From the IMG/VR virus record IMGVR_UViG_3300044296_000012, positions 1 through 30,149 of that record: a stretch of DNA of 30,149 nucleotides; one strand, 5' to 3'. Position numbers and translations under genes: made by a program. This stretch comes from a virus (lineage: Duplodnaviria; Caudoviricetes). Every line of letters begins with the position of its first letter. Position 1 is the first letter of the stretch. Shown one piece after another: positions 9,632 through 18,548 of the stretch. The notes beneath the pieces were generated by a model. The model searched no databases, had not been told where the DNA came from, and saw only the letters and a program-made list of their open reading frames with translations.

Positions 9632-11029
9632 ATGATACAAGATATTGGTTTTCTTAATGCCCTTGCCCGTGCTCAGGCTGCCTCTACTAATCAGAGTCTT
9701 GCCAAAGTTCAGGCTAACTTGGAGAAGATGCAGGCAAGCGTAGCCAGCCTCAACCCACAAGCCCAGCCTTCTCCTGACCGTACCCTTGAATTAGCCCAGC
9801 AAGCCCAACAGAAGGCTTCTGCGCCTCAGGCTGGGGTTCCAACCCAAGCGCCTGCCGTTACGGCTCCTACGACCACTCCAGCGCCTTCTGCTGGGGTAGT
9901 CCCCAAGGAAACGCCAGTAACCATGCCTGCCCAAACTCCTGTTACAGAGGCAGATATTACCAAGGCGGTCTTGGATACCGTAAAGAGTGTCGCTCAAGCA
10001 TTTGCTCCAGCAACGCCAACCCAACAGGCTGCGCCAACGGTTACTGGAACAACTACCGTTAAACAACCGGGTGGGGTTATTGAAACCTACCAGTTAATGA
10101 GCGATGGTACTCGTAAACTTTTAAGCACAGATAAGAATACTAGCGCTCGTGACGCAGTCATGGCGATGTTTTCTAATACTGGTTTAGGTAAAGACTTTAC
10201 TGATTCATTAATAAAAACAATTGACAATGTATATGCAGCAAACATTGATCCAACCGATGATCAAATACTTAACAGTATTTATAATAGCGATGCTTACAAG
10301 ACTCGTTTCTCAGCAAACGAGGCTATTCGTCAACGCTTGGCTAACGGAAAAGGATTGCCCGGAGATCGGCTCCTCACGCCAAAAGAGTATGTTGATACAG
10401 AAAATACTTATCGTGATCTGATGCAAGCAGCAGGATTACCTACTGGATTTTATGATCAACCAGAAGATTTTACCAAGTTTATTGAGAATAATACTTCTGC
10501 TGCAGAGATATCAAGCAGAATCAATGTTGCTAAACAAGCGCTGCAAGATGCAGATCAAAACATTGTTAATGCTTTGAAAACATATTACGGTTTCGATAAC
10601 TCTGAACTTGCAGCATACATGCTTGATCCGACCAAGGCTATGGATCTTGTCAATGCTCGACAATTTAAATATACAGCCGAACAAGGAAAGCGCATGCTTT
10701 CTGCAGCGCAAGTTGGTGCAGCAGCAGAGCGTGCTGGCATGCAGGCTGGTAAAGAATTTGCTACTGAGATTGTTACTGCTGGTAAAGAAGGTCAAGCCGA
10801 ACAGGCTTACCAAACCGCTGCTCAATCTCAAAAAGATTATGCACGCTTGATGGGTCTTGCTGGCGAAGCACCAGCAAACCAAGAAGATTTGGTTCGTCAG
10901 CAACTTAACCTTGCTGGTGGTGCTGAGGTTTCTAAGAAGATTAAGAAAGCAGCATCACAAGAACGCGCTAGATTCCAGCAGCAATCTGCTCTGGATCGAA
11001 CCAGTTTGTCTCGTAAGACAAACCTCTAA
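9632..11029 (+). CDS. Putative internal virion protein with Pro/Thr/Ala-rich linker (about 465 aa)
   Basis: Long ORF starting at TTG 9629 or ATG 9632; Ala/Gln-rich helical C-terminus. Confidence 0.7.
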   Translation: MIQDIGFLNALARAQAASTNQSLAKVQANLEKMQASVASLNPQAQPSPDRTLELAQQAQQKASAPQAGVPTQAPAVTAPTTTPAPSAGVVPKETPVTMPAQTPVTEADITKAVLDTVKSVAQAFAPATPTQQAAPTVTGTTTVKQPGGVIETYQLMSDGTRKLLSTDKNTSARDAVMAMFSNTGLGKDFTDSLIKTIDNVYAANIDPTDDQILNSIYNSDAYKTRFSANEAIRQRLANGKGLPGDRLLTPKEYVDTENTYRDLMQAAGLPTGFYDQPEDFTKFIENNTSAAEISSRINVAKQALQDADQNIVNALKTYYGFDNSELAAYMLDPTKAMDLVNARQFKYTAEQGKRMLSAAQVGAAAERAGMQAGKEFATEIVTAGKEGQAEQAYQTAAQSQKDYARLMGLAGEAPANQEDLVRQQLNLAGGAEVSKKIKKAASQERARFQQQSALDRTSLSRKTNL

Positions 11030-11036
11030 TTGACTC

Positions 11037-11160
11037 CGCTTCGGATCGACCAGCCCCGAAGTGCGTATAAGTCTGGTAGTCGCCATATCTACGATTAAGT
11101 TCCCCTGCTTATGAGTGTGTGTGGTGCAAACCCGATGAGGGAAACTACTAATAGGGAGAA
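11037..11160 (+). ncRNA. Candidate structured 5' leader of the scaffold gene (pseudoknot plus long hairpin)
   Basis: Stem 11037-11044/11056-11063. Loop ACCAG (11049-53) is complementary to CTGGT (11073-77). Stem CGCCATAT/GTGTGGTG (11081-88/11119-26) encloses TAAG/CTTA with a TTCCCCTG loop. Confidence 0.5.
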
Positions 11161-11164
11161 TGCA

Positions 11165-11638
11165 ATGACAGAATATAACTACGAAGATAATACAGATACC
11201 GAAGATGAATACGAATTTGGGCATGACGAAAGTCTACTCAAGAAATTGCGTAAACAAATTGACTCTCTTTCAAAACAACTGAAAGAAAAAGACAATGTGA
11301 TTGCACAGTTTCATGCATCTAGCCATGAATCAAACATCGCAGATATCTTAAATAGTTTCGGGTTAAATCCAAAAATCGCTAAGTTCATTCCAGACAGCGT
11401 TGCTGCTGATGAAGATGCGGTATCGGAATGGCTGAACGAATACGGCGATGCTTTTGGTATTTCTGCCGTTGAAGAACAGGCTCCATATGAAATGGACGCC
11501 GACGCTCAATCATATGAGCAAATCTCTAATTTCGAAGATGGAACATCAGATCCTCTTGTTGGTCAAGATATTGGTTCTAGGATCAGTAACTCGAACTCTC
11601 CAGATGAATTGATGAACTATCTACGCGGAATTAGTTAA
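11165..11638 (+). CDS. Capsid scaffolding protein (157 aa)
   Basis: SD AGGGAG at 11153-58 favours ATG 11165. Acidic N-terminus, coiled coil (LLKKLRKQIDSLSKQLKEKD), directly upstream of the major capsid gene. Confidence 0.8.
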   Translation: MTEYNYEDNTDTEDEYEFGHDESLLKKLRKQIDSLSKQLKEKDNVIAQFHASSHESNIADILNSFGLNPKIAKFIPDSVAADEDAVSEWLNEYGDAFGISAVEEQAPYEMDADAQSYEQISNFEDGTSDPLVGQDIGSRISNSNSPDELMNYLRGIS

Positions 11639-11667
11639 TCCACATTCAACCAACTTAGAAGGATACA

Positions 11668-12642
11668 ATGCCTACAACACCGGCTACATCAACTACGACA
11701 TCAACAATGTCGAACTTGATCCAAACCGCGTATGACAAGTTCATTGAGTTTAACCTTCGATCTGAACCAATGTTCCGCAAGTTTGCGGACAAGCGTCCAG
11801 TCGATGTAACAAACCCGGGGAATACTGTCATTTTTCAGGTTTACAAGGATCTATCCCGTGTCACCAGCGCTCTAACTGAAACGCAAGACCCGGATGCAGT
11901 AACCATGTCCAACACCGACAAGGTCAATGTTATCGTTGACGAATTCGGAAATGCCGTAATCACAACCGAGAAACTCGCTCTCGAGTCCCTCAGCAACATT
12001 GATCCAGCAGTTGGCGATATGCTCTCTTTCAACATGCGCGACTCTCTTGACGCACTTGTTTGGTCGAAGTTGACTTCGCTTGCTACTGGTCGTTGGACCG
12101 GAACCACCTCTTCTGACGAAACCACCATCAATGGTACAGATGTTTCGTCAAGCACCAGCGCTCCTTACATCACCGCTGCTCTTGCACGCCGTGGTGTTGC
12201 GAAACTTCGTGGAGCATCTGTGCAACCACGCGACGGTGGATTCTACACCGCACTCATCCACCCAGATGTGTCTTACGATCTTCGATCAGAAGCACAATCA
12301 AGTGGATCTGCTGTGTGGCAACTCCCACACACCTACACCGAAGGTGGCGTAGGAAACCTTTGGAACGGCGAGATCGGTATCTTCGATCAAGTCCGTTACA
12401 TCGAAACTCCACGCGCTGAGGCTATCTCAGGAACTGGAACTTCAAAGGTTTATGCAACCGTTCTTCTCGGAAAGCAGGCTCTTATCGAGGCTGTTGGCTA
12501 TGAGCCAAAGACCGTTATTGGTCCTGTTACCGACAAGTTGATGCGTTTCCGACCTGCAGGATGGAAGGCTCTTATCGGCTGGAACATCTTCCGCACGGAA
12601 GCACGCTATGTCATTAAGTCGAAGTCCTCAATCGCTTCGTAA
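11668..12642 (+). CDS. Major capsid protein (HK97 fold; resembles N4-gp56-like family)
   Basis: 324 aa with SD GAAGGA. Motifs PGNTVIF, EFGNAV, YTALIHPDVSYDLR, GEIGIFDQVRYIET and GPVTDKLMRFRPAGWK; followed by a strong hairpin. Confidence 0.9.
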   Translation: MPTTPATSTTTSTMSNLIQTAYDKFIEFNLRSEPMFRKFADKRPVDVTNPGNTVIFQVYKDLSRVTSALTETQDPDAVTMSNTDKVNVIVDEFGNAVITTEKLALESLSNIDPAVGDMLSFNMRDSLDALVWSKLTSLATGRWTGTTSSDETTINGTDVSSSTSAPYITAALARRGVAKLRGASVQPRDGGFYTALIHPDVSYDLRSEAQSSGSAVWQLPHTYTEGGVGNLWNGEIGIFDQVRYIETPRAEAISGTGTSKVYATVLLGKQALIEAVGYEPKTVIGPVTDKLMRFRPAGWKALIGWNIFRTEARYVIKSKSSIAS

Positions 12643-12648
12643 CTTATA

Positions 12649-12680
12649 AGGAGAGGGGACTCTTCGGAGTCCCCTCTTCT
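12649..12680 (+). terminator. Intrinsic terminator-like hairpin after the capsid gene
   Basis: AGAGGGGACTC-TTCG-GAGTCCCCTCT: 11 perfect bp, extendable to 14, with a C(UUCG)G tetraloop and no long U-tract. Confidence 0.8.
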
Positions 12681-12705
12681 CAAGTATCCATTCTAAGGGG
12701 AGATA

Positions 12706-12978
12706 ATGTCAGTTAAAGGTGAATCGTATAAGTCTGCTTCGGCAATGCGTAAGCATGAAAAGACCGAATCAGCATCAATGCGAGCCAAAGAGTATGGCTC
12801 TGCTAAGAAAGCACATCCCGGTTTTAAAGCAGTCGCTACCAAGATTGCTAAGAAGCAGGGTATTTCAAAGGATCGCGCTGGCGCGATTCTTGCTGCGTCA
12901 GCACGCAAAGCCTCGGCTAAGGCTGTTGCTGCCAATCCTCGTTTAAAGAAGATTTCCGGCGTTAAGAAAGGAAAATAA
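12706..12978 (+). CDS. Small basic protein (90 aa)
   Basis: SD AAGGGGAG; Lys/Ala-rich (HPGFKAVATKIAKKQGISKDRAGAILAASARKAS). Confidence 0.85.
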   Translation: MSVKGESYKSASAMRKHEKTESASMRAKEYGSAKKAHPGFKAVATKIAKKQGISKDRAGAILAASARKASAKAVAANPRLKKISGVKKGK

Positions 12979-12979
12979 C

Positions 12980-13036
12980 ATGCCAGCAAAATCATGCAAG
13001 AAGTGTGGCAAAGCAAAATCAAAGTGCAAGTGCTAA
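12980..13036 (+). CDS. 18-aa Cys/Lys-rich micropeptide (not in ORF track)
   Basis: SD GAAAGGA at 12966-72; MPAKSCKKCGKAKSKCKC followed by TAA; fits between neighbouring genes with 1-nt and 4-nt gaps. Confidence 0.65.
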   Translation: MPAKSCKKCGKAKSKCKC

Positions 13037-13040
13037 TAAA

Positions 13041-13202
13041 ATGAAAAAGGCTAACAATAAAGTTCAAAAGGTAATGCATGAGTTTAAAACCGGAACTCTG
13101 CATACAGGTTCTAAAAAAGGACCAGTCGTTAAATCCCGCAAACAGGCTATTGCTATTGCTTTAAGCGAAGCGGGTAAGGCTAAAAAGAAAAAGGGTAAGT
13201 AA
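13041..13202 (+). CDS. Small basic protein, DUF6496-like (53 aa)
   Basis: KVQKVMHEFKTGTLHTGSKKGPVVKSRKQAIAIALSEAG matches the pattern I recall for DUF6496; ATG 13041 preferred as start. Confidence 0.75.
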   Translation: MKKANNKVQKVMHEFKTGTLHTGSKKGPVVKSRKQAIAIALSEAGKAKKKKGK

Positions 13203-13354
13203 TGAAAAAGGCTTTTTGGGATAAAAAAAATCCTAATAAAAAGTCAACACCATTAACGCCAGCGCAAAAAACAAAAGCAAAGGCTATGGCTAAAGCAGCG
13301 AAGCGACCTTATCCAAACTTAGTTGACAATGTGGCTGCAAGGAAAAAGAAATGA
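13202..13354 (+). CDS. Small basic protein (50 aa; not in ORF track)
   Basis: TAATG overlap at the start and ATGA overlap at the end; MKKAFWDKKNPNKKSTPLTPAQKTKAKAMAKAAKRPYPNLVDNVAARKKK. Confidence 0.85.
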   Translation: MKKAFWDKKNPNKKSTPLTPAQKTKAKAMAKAAKRPYPNLVDNVAARKKK

Positions 13355-13629
13355 CAGATCCACGGATTAAGCGTGCTGGCGTTACTGGTTTTAATAAGCC
13401 AAAGCGCACACCAAGTCATCCAACCAAATCACATATTGTCGTGGCTAAAGAAGGAAATCAAGTCAAAACCATTCGGTTTGGACAGCAAGGCGTGCAGGGT
13501 TCACCAAAGAAGCAAGGTGAATCTGAATCGTATCGCAAACGCCGTGAGGCGTTTAAGGCTCGTCACGCTGGGAATATTGCCAAAGGCAAAATGTCTGCAG
13601 CGTATTGGGCTGACAAAGTTAAGTGGTAA
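13351..13629 (+). CDS. Small basic phage protein (92 aa)
   Basis: ATGA-coupled; KSHIVVAKEG...IRFGQQG...FKARH...SAAYWADKVKW, a pattern I associate with aquatic phages. Confidence 0.85.
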   Translation: MTDPRIKRAGVTGFNKPKRTPSHPTKSHIVVAKEGNQVKTIRFGQQGVQGSPKKQGESESYRKRREAFKARHAGNIAKGKMSAAYWADKVKW

Positions 13630-13647
13630 ACAAGCGAAGGGTCGTGT

Positions 13648-13899
13648 ATGCCAATATTTCGTGGACCAGTCATTAGGTTTAGACCCGGTCGACCTCACGA
13701 CCTTTGGTTTGTTTCTTATGGAATTGGTAAATCTGTAGTAAAAAAGAATGGAACATGGTCAACGATCATGGTTCCTCAAGACAGCACACTCGCAGATTAT
13801 GACAGAGTATTGCGTGGTGGCTATGACAATGTCATTACTGAGGCTGAGGCAACGGAGTTGACTGCAGCAGGTTATGGAGAGTACATCTTCAATGAGTAA
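13648..13899 (+). CDS. Hypothetical virion protein (83 aa)
   Basis: GAAGGG upstream of the ATG; tight packing within the head-tail region. Confidence 0.75.
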   Translation: MPIFRGPVIRFRPGRPHDLWFVSYGIGKSVVKKNGTWSTIMVPQDSTLADYDRVLRGGYDNVITEAEATELTAAGYGEYIFNE

Positions 13900-14134
13900 A
13901 TGTAGATCAGGATGCCCCACCCAAGATCATAATAACTGGGGTGAGTGTGCTCGTTCAGCCAATATAAGCACAGCAAATATGGCTATCGCTGCTGTTTCTC
14001 GTGGCGTTGATAAGGAATTATCAGCGTATCGAGATGCACGCAAACTTGGAATCCAGCCAGCATCAACCAAGATGAAAGATATTCAGAAGGCAGTTAGAAC
14101 TGCCGACAAATTAGGAAGAGCGGTGAGTGCATAA
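13892..14134 (+). CDS. Hypothetical protein with Cys/His motif (80 aa)
   Basis: GGAG upstream of ATG 13892; CRSGCPTQDHNNWGEC is a possible metal site; TAATG coupling to the next gene. Confidence 0.75.
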   Translation: MSKCRSGCPTQDHNNWGECARSANISTANMAIAAVSRGVDKELSAYRDARKLGIQPASTKMKDIQKAVRTADKLGRAVSA

Positions 14135-15027
14135 TGTCAACACTTAATCAACTTACCGATCAGGTTCTTGGTGAGATTAGTTCTTATGTACGCAACCAAG
14201 ATTCATTGACATTCCTTAAGCAGGCTTGCACCTCGAGTGATGTTACCCTTACTGTTGATGACACTACATCAGTTAATAAAGGCATCGTTGAAATTGATGA
14301 CGAATTAATCTTTGTTCAAAAATCAGTAGCATCAAGCGGAACCCTGCAAGTTCTTGGTGGCGCTACAGCGCCTATCGGTCGTGGATACCGAGCAACGACA
14401 GCAACATCACATGTTATTGGAAGCATTGTTCGCAATAACCCAATCTTTCCTCGCACGCAGGTTAAGCGTGCAATCAATGACACGATTAAGGGAATGAACT
14501 TCCCCGTGTTGGCTAATGAAACATTTGAATTTAATGGTGCTCAATACGCATATATCATGCCAGATTCTTTGGTAGATGTAACTGGTGTTTCTTGGGAACT
14601 TCCAGATAGCACCGGAGAATGGATGTTAATCCGTCGCTGGAGACTTGATACAAACTATCTTGATAATGGCGGCACACACCAAGCATTGATTCTCCAAGAG
14701 GCTCCCATGCCGGGTCGCGATGTTCGCGTCCAATACACAAAATATGCATCTGCTATAACAGATGCTCAAGACTTAAGCGTTAGTGGTTTGCCAGCATCAT
14801 GCGAAGATGTTGTTCGCCTTGGTGCAATGTACCGTTTATTAAGCACAGTTGACCCGGGTAAAGTTACCGCCAATACTGTTTCTGCTGATCTTATTGATCA
14901 GCCTGTTTCACCCGGTTTATCTACCAATGCAGCAAAGTATATTTTCCAGATGTATACGCTCCGTCTGCAAGAAGAAGTAAACAAGCAACAAAATAATTTC
15001 CTCAACATCATCCAGTACAAGAGGTAA
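14134..15027 (+). CDS. Putative head-tail adaptor / tail tubular protein A
   Basis: 297 aa. Helical N- and C-termini (RTQVKRAINDTI; LPASCEDVVRLGAMYRLL) flank beta-rich domains; lies just before the tail fibre. Confidence 0.6.
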   Translation: MSTLNQLTDQVLGEISSYVRNQDSLTFLKQACTSSDVTLTVDDTTSVNKGIVEIDDELIFVQKSVASSGTLQVLGGATAPIGRGYRATTATSHVIGSIVRNNPIFPRTQVKRAINDTIKGMNFPVLANETFEFNGAQYAYIMPDSLVDVTGVSWELPDSTGEWMLIRRWRLDTNYLDNGGTHQALILQEAPMPGRDVRVQYTKYASAITDAQDLSVSGLPASCEDVVRLGAMYRLLSTVDPGKVTANTVSADLIDQPVSPGLSTNAAKYIFQMYTLRLQEEVNKQQNNFLNIIQYKR

Positions 15028-15030
15028 TAG

Positions 15031-18000
15031 ATGCCAAGTCCTAGTCGTTATTATTCTTCAACCGCAGCCAAGACAACGCTGTCTGTTGCTATTAGTAGCA
15101 CATCAGCAACCATTGAAGTCGCTGCTTCGACGAACTTCCCATCGCAGTATCCGTTTACTCTTATCTTGGATAAGGATACAGCCAATGAGGAGATCATTGA
15201 GGTAACGGGTAAAACGGGTTCAGCCTTTGATGTGACTCGCCATGTTGATGGCACGACCGCTAAGTCACATGCTATTGGTGCAACCGTAGAGCATGGTGTC
15301 AGCGCTCGCGATTATTCTGATTCTCGTAGCCACGAAGTAGCAACCAATGCTCATGGTGTTACTGGCAGCGTTGTTGGTACTGGTGGTGCTCAAACCCTTA
15401 CCGACAAAACATTAACTTCACCAATTATTAATACACCAACTATTGCTGGTGCAACTATTAGCGGAACATTTACCTCTACCGCTACGATCAATGGTGGTAC
15501 TATTGATGGTGCAAATATTATTGGATTATCTAGTTCAACACTATCTGATTCATCTGCAACCCCAAAGAGTTATGTAGATTCGATTCTTGGTAGCGCTACA
15601 TCTGCAGCAACTAGTGCTGCATCTGCAGCAGCATCCGCAACCGCTGCAGCAACTAGTGCAACAAGTGCAGCAACTAGTGCCTCTTCTGCTCTTGCCAGCG
15701 CAAGTGCTGCATCTGCATCATCAAGTGCAGCAGCAATTAGTGCTACATCTGCTGGGGTAAGCGCATCATCTGCTGCAACTTCAAGAACTTCTGCTGCTAC
15801 ATCAGCATCCTCTGCAGCAACCTCTGCTGCCTCGGCTGCAACCAGCGCAACCTCTGCTGCATTATCAGCAACCGATGCTAATAATTCTGCAGTTACTGCT
15901 GCTAACTCGGTTTCAACAATTGCTTCTTATGCAAGCACGGCATCTAATAGCGCTGCTTTAGCATCAACCTCTGCTAATAGCGCAGCGACCAGCGCAGCAT
16001 CTGCCTCAACCTCGGCATCTTCTGCTGCAACTTCTGCAAGTAATGCTGCTAATAGTGCAACTGCTGCATATAATTCTCAAACTGCAGCAGCATCAAGCGC
16101 AACGGTCGCTACAGCACAAGCAGGATCTGCACTTAGTTATTCTCAGAGTGCTGCTACTAGCGCAACCAGCGCTGCAACTTCGGCTACATCTGCTGCAGCC
16201 TCTGCTACCGGAGCAAACAATTCAGCAACCGCTGCAACTACAGCAGCAAACTCCGCTAGTGCATCTGCAAATAGTTCAGCATTGAGTGCTGCCGATTCGG
16301 CAACAAGTGCTTCTTCCGCTGCAACGAGTGCAACTAATGCTGGTTATTCAGAAGCAAATGCTCTTACACATGAAATCAATGCTGGAATCTCCGCTTCTGA
16401 TGCAGCAACATCTGCAACCAGCGCAGCAACATCTGCTTCTAGCGCATACACCTATGCAACTATGGCAGCAACTTCTGCTTCCTCTGCTGGAACAAGTGCA
16501 ATTGAGGCTGCTAATAGGGCAAATGATGCTTTAACATATTCTAATGCTGCTGGAGGATCAGCCAATGCTGCATCCACTTCCGCAACTAGCGCTACTACAT
16601 CTGCAACTTCTGCTGCCGCTTCGGCATCATCAGCAAGTACGCATGCAACTAATGCTGGCATATCGGCAGGATCATCTGGAGTATCTGCTAGCAATGCCTT
16701 AACTTCTGCTACATCCGCAGCGACTAGCGCTACAAGCGCTGCTGCAAGTGCAACTACTGCTTCTGCTAGTGCAGCAACTGCCGTAAGTTCTGCAGCAACT
16801 GCAGTAACTAGCGCAGCGCAAGCAGTAACTAGCGCAACTTCTGCTGCTACAAGTGCCACATCCGCTGCGACCTCAGCATCATCCGCTGCTACTTCACAAA
16901 CTGCAGCAGCCACATCTGCTACATCTTCTGCAGCCAGCGCAGTCTTAGCACAAGACTGGGCTACCAAGATGACTGGTACGGTAGATGGCGCTGAGTATTC
17001 AGCAAAGTATTACGCAAACCAAGCCAACACGGGTAACTACCTATCAAAGGGTGGCGGAACCATGACTGGGGATCTTATCCTCAATGCTGATCCGTCTCAA
17101 GCGCTTGGTGCTGTAACCAAGCAATATGTTGATGGTGCTATCGCTGGATTAACTTGGAAGCCAGCAGCAAATCTTTTCTCAACATCAAATGTTTCTTTAA
17201 CTGGCGCGACTGGAAGTCTTGCCATTGATGGTCATACAGCATTAACAACAAGCAATGTTGGATATCGTTTAGTTCTTACTGGTCAATCTACGGGATCTGA
17301 AAATGGTATCTATGTATATGCTGATAATGGAACCTCATATACCTTAAGCCGACCAAGTGACGCCGATGCATATACAGAACTTAAAGGCGCTTCAATCTTT
17401 ATTGAAGAAGGAACTACATACGCAAAGACTTCTTGGATTCAATCAAATCACTACCTAACAAGTTTCTCCGGTCAAGTATGGACGCAGTTTTCTGGAGCAG
17501 GAACATATGCTGCTGGTACTGGTCTGACCTTAACTGGCAATACTTTCTCTATATCCAATAGCGGTGTCACCTCTGGTTCATATACTTTATCAAGTGTTAC
17601 TGTTAACCAAAGAGGTCAGATTACTGCCATATCAAATGGCAGCGCTGTAACCAGCATTACTGCTGGTAGTGGTATATCAGTCTCTGGTTCAACAACACCA
17701 ACGGTTGCATTGACAACTACTGGTGTAACCAGCGCTTCATATAATTACGCAACAATATCTGTTGACTCATATGGCAGAATTACTTCTGCCTCAACTGGAA
17801 CATCACCAGTAACATCAGTCAGCGGTACATCTGGTCGAATCACCAGCAGCGGTGGATCATTACCTACCATTGATCTTGCTACTTCTGGTGTAACATCTGG
17901 AGTTTATAGTTATGCTCAAGTTACCGTTGACTCATATGGTCGAGTAACTGCTATATCCAATGGAAGTACATCAAGTTTTGCTAGTTCAACAGATTTAACA

Positions 18001-18036
18001 AACAACATCATCATGAATGTCATGGATGCATACTAA
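15031..18036 (+). CDS. Tail fibre protein (1001 aa)
   Basis: N-terminal attachment domain, long Ser/Ala/Thr stalk, GGTMTGDLIL...AVTKQYVD motif, and C-terminal repeats GVTSGSY..VTV(N/D)..G.ITA. Confidence 0.85.
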   Translation: MPSPSRYYSSTAAKTTLSVAISSTSATIEVAASTNFPSQYPFTLILDKDTANEEIIEVTGKTGSAFDVTRHVDGTTAKSHAIGATVEHGVSARDYSDSRSHEVATNAHGVTGSVVGTGGAQTLTDKTLTSPIINTPTIAGATISGTFTSTATINGGTIDGANIIGLSSSTLSDSSATPKSYVDSILGSATSAATSAASAAASATAAATSATSAATSASSALASASAASASSSAAAISATSAGVSASSAATSRTSAATSASSAATSAASAATSATSAALSATDANNSAVTAANSVSTIASYASTASNSAALASTSANSAATSAASASTSASSAATSASNAANSATAAYNSQTAAASSATVATAQAGSALSYSQSAATSATSAATSATSAAASATGANNSATAATTAANSASASANSSALSAADSATSASSAATSATNAGYSEANALTHEINAGISASDAATSATSAATSASSAYTYATMAATSASSAGTSAIEAANRANDALTYSNAAGGSANAASTSATSATTSATSAAASASSASTHATNAGISAGSSGVSASNALTSATSAATSATSAAASATTASASAATAVSSAATAVTSAAQAVTSATSAATSATSAATSASSAATSQTAAATSATSSAASAVLAQDWATKMTGTVDGAEYSAKYYANQANTGNYLSKGGGTMTGDLILNADPSQALGAVTKQYVDGAIAGLTWKPAANLFSTSNVSLTGATGSLAIDGHTALTTSNVGYRLVLTGQSTGSENGIYVYADNGTSYTLSRPSDADAYTELKGASIFIEEGTTYAKTSWIQSNHYLTSFSGQVWTQFSGAGTYAAGTGLTLTGNTFSISNSGVTSGSYTLSSVTVNQRGQITAISNGSAVTSITAGSGISVSGSTTPTVALTTTGVTSASYNYATISVDSYGRITSASTGTSPVTSVSGTSGRITSSGGSLPTIDLATSGVTSGVYSYAQVTVDSYGRVTAISNGSTSSFASSTDLTNNIIMNVMDAY
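15590..16945 (+). repeat. Low-complexity heptad repeat (SATSAAT/SASSAAT) in the fibre stalk
   Basis: 7-residue periodicity over about 450 aa with divergent codons; similar in character to the lambda Stf stalk. Confidence 0.9.
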
Positions 18037-18055
18037 GATAGGAGTACAGTAACTA

Positions 18056-18358
18056 ATGGCTGTAACATCTAAAAATATTGTACGAACAGGTTTGGGTACA
18101 ATGTCATCAACATTGTATACAACACCAATGGCAACTAAAACAACTATTACAAATATATCAATATCAAACAATAACTCTTCTGCATCAACAATTATTCTTG
18201 CAATAAATGGTTATAACTTGTTACCAAATGTTTCTATTGCCGCTAATACTTTACTGTCAATAGATACTAAAATAGTTATGGATGCTTACGAAGCATTAAC
18301 TGGATATGCAAGTCAAAGTAGTTGTTATATTCATGTGAGTGGAGTTGAAATAGTATAA
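18056..18358 (+). CDS. Small beta-rich tail-fibre-associated protein (100 aa)
   Basis: SD AGGAG; TLYTTP...TTITNISISN...IHVSGVEI pattern; follows the fibre gene. Confidence 0.7.
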   Translation: MAVTSKNIVRTGLGTMSSTLYTTPMATKTTITNISISNNNSSASTIILAINGYNLLPNVSIAANTLLSIDTKIVMDAYEALTGYASQSSCYIHVSGVEIV

Positions 18359-18534
18359 TGGAAAGAGTGTTTGCTGTAATAGAAAACAATAAAGTAATTA
18401 ATATTATTGTTGGTGTTGAAGATGAAGTTGTTGCAGCCAATCCAGAAAAATATATTGAATATACAAATGGATGGGACTACAACAATGGAATTGATGGTGG
18501 AGAATTTTTTCCAGTTTTTAAAGATGTTGAATAG
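18358..18534 (+). CDS. 58-aa acidic protein, possible fibre chaperone (not in ORF track)
   Basis: TAATG overlap, GGAG upstream; MERVFAVIENNKVINIIVGVEDEVVAANPEKYIEYTNGWDYNNGIDGGEFFPVFKDVE. Confidence 0.75.
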   Translation: MERVFAVIENNKVINIIVGVEDEVVAANPEKYIEYTNGWDYNNGIDGGEFFPVFKDVE

Positions 18535-18548
18535 CAAAGGATTATGAT

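Noticed and set aside
11004-11023. Perfect 8-bp hairpin GTTTGTCT-CGTA-AGACAAAC at the end of the 466-aa gene
   Set aside because: Inside a CDS, AT-rich and without a U-tract; could be chance, though worth including when folding the scaffold leader.
11074-11150. Hammerhead-ribozyme-like elements: TGGTAGTC (GUC triplet) pairing with GAAACTACTA, preceded by CCGATGA
   Set aside because: The core reads CCGAUGA rather than CUGAUGA, stem II is absent (only GG before GAAA), and stem I does not abut the core. Probably coincidental within a different structure.
15590-16945. Ser/Ala repeat as a DNA repeat array or serine-rich bacterial adhesin
   Set aside because: Codons vary freely, so the repeat is at the protein level; the flanking domains are typical of phage fibres.
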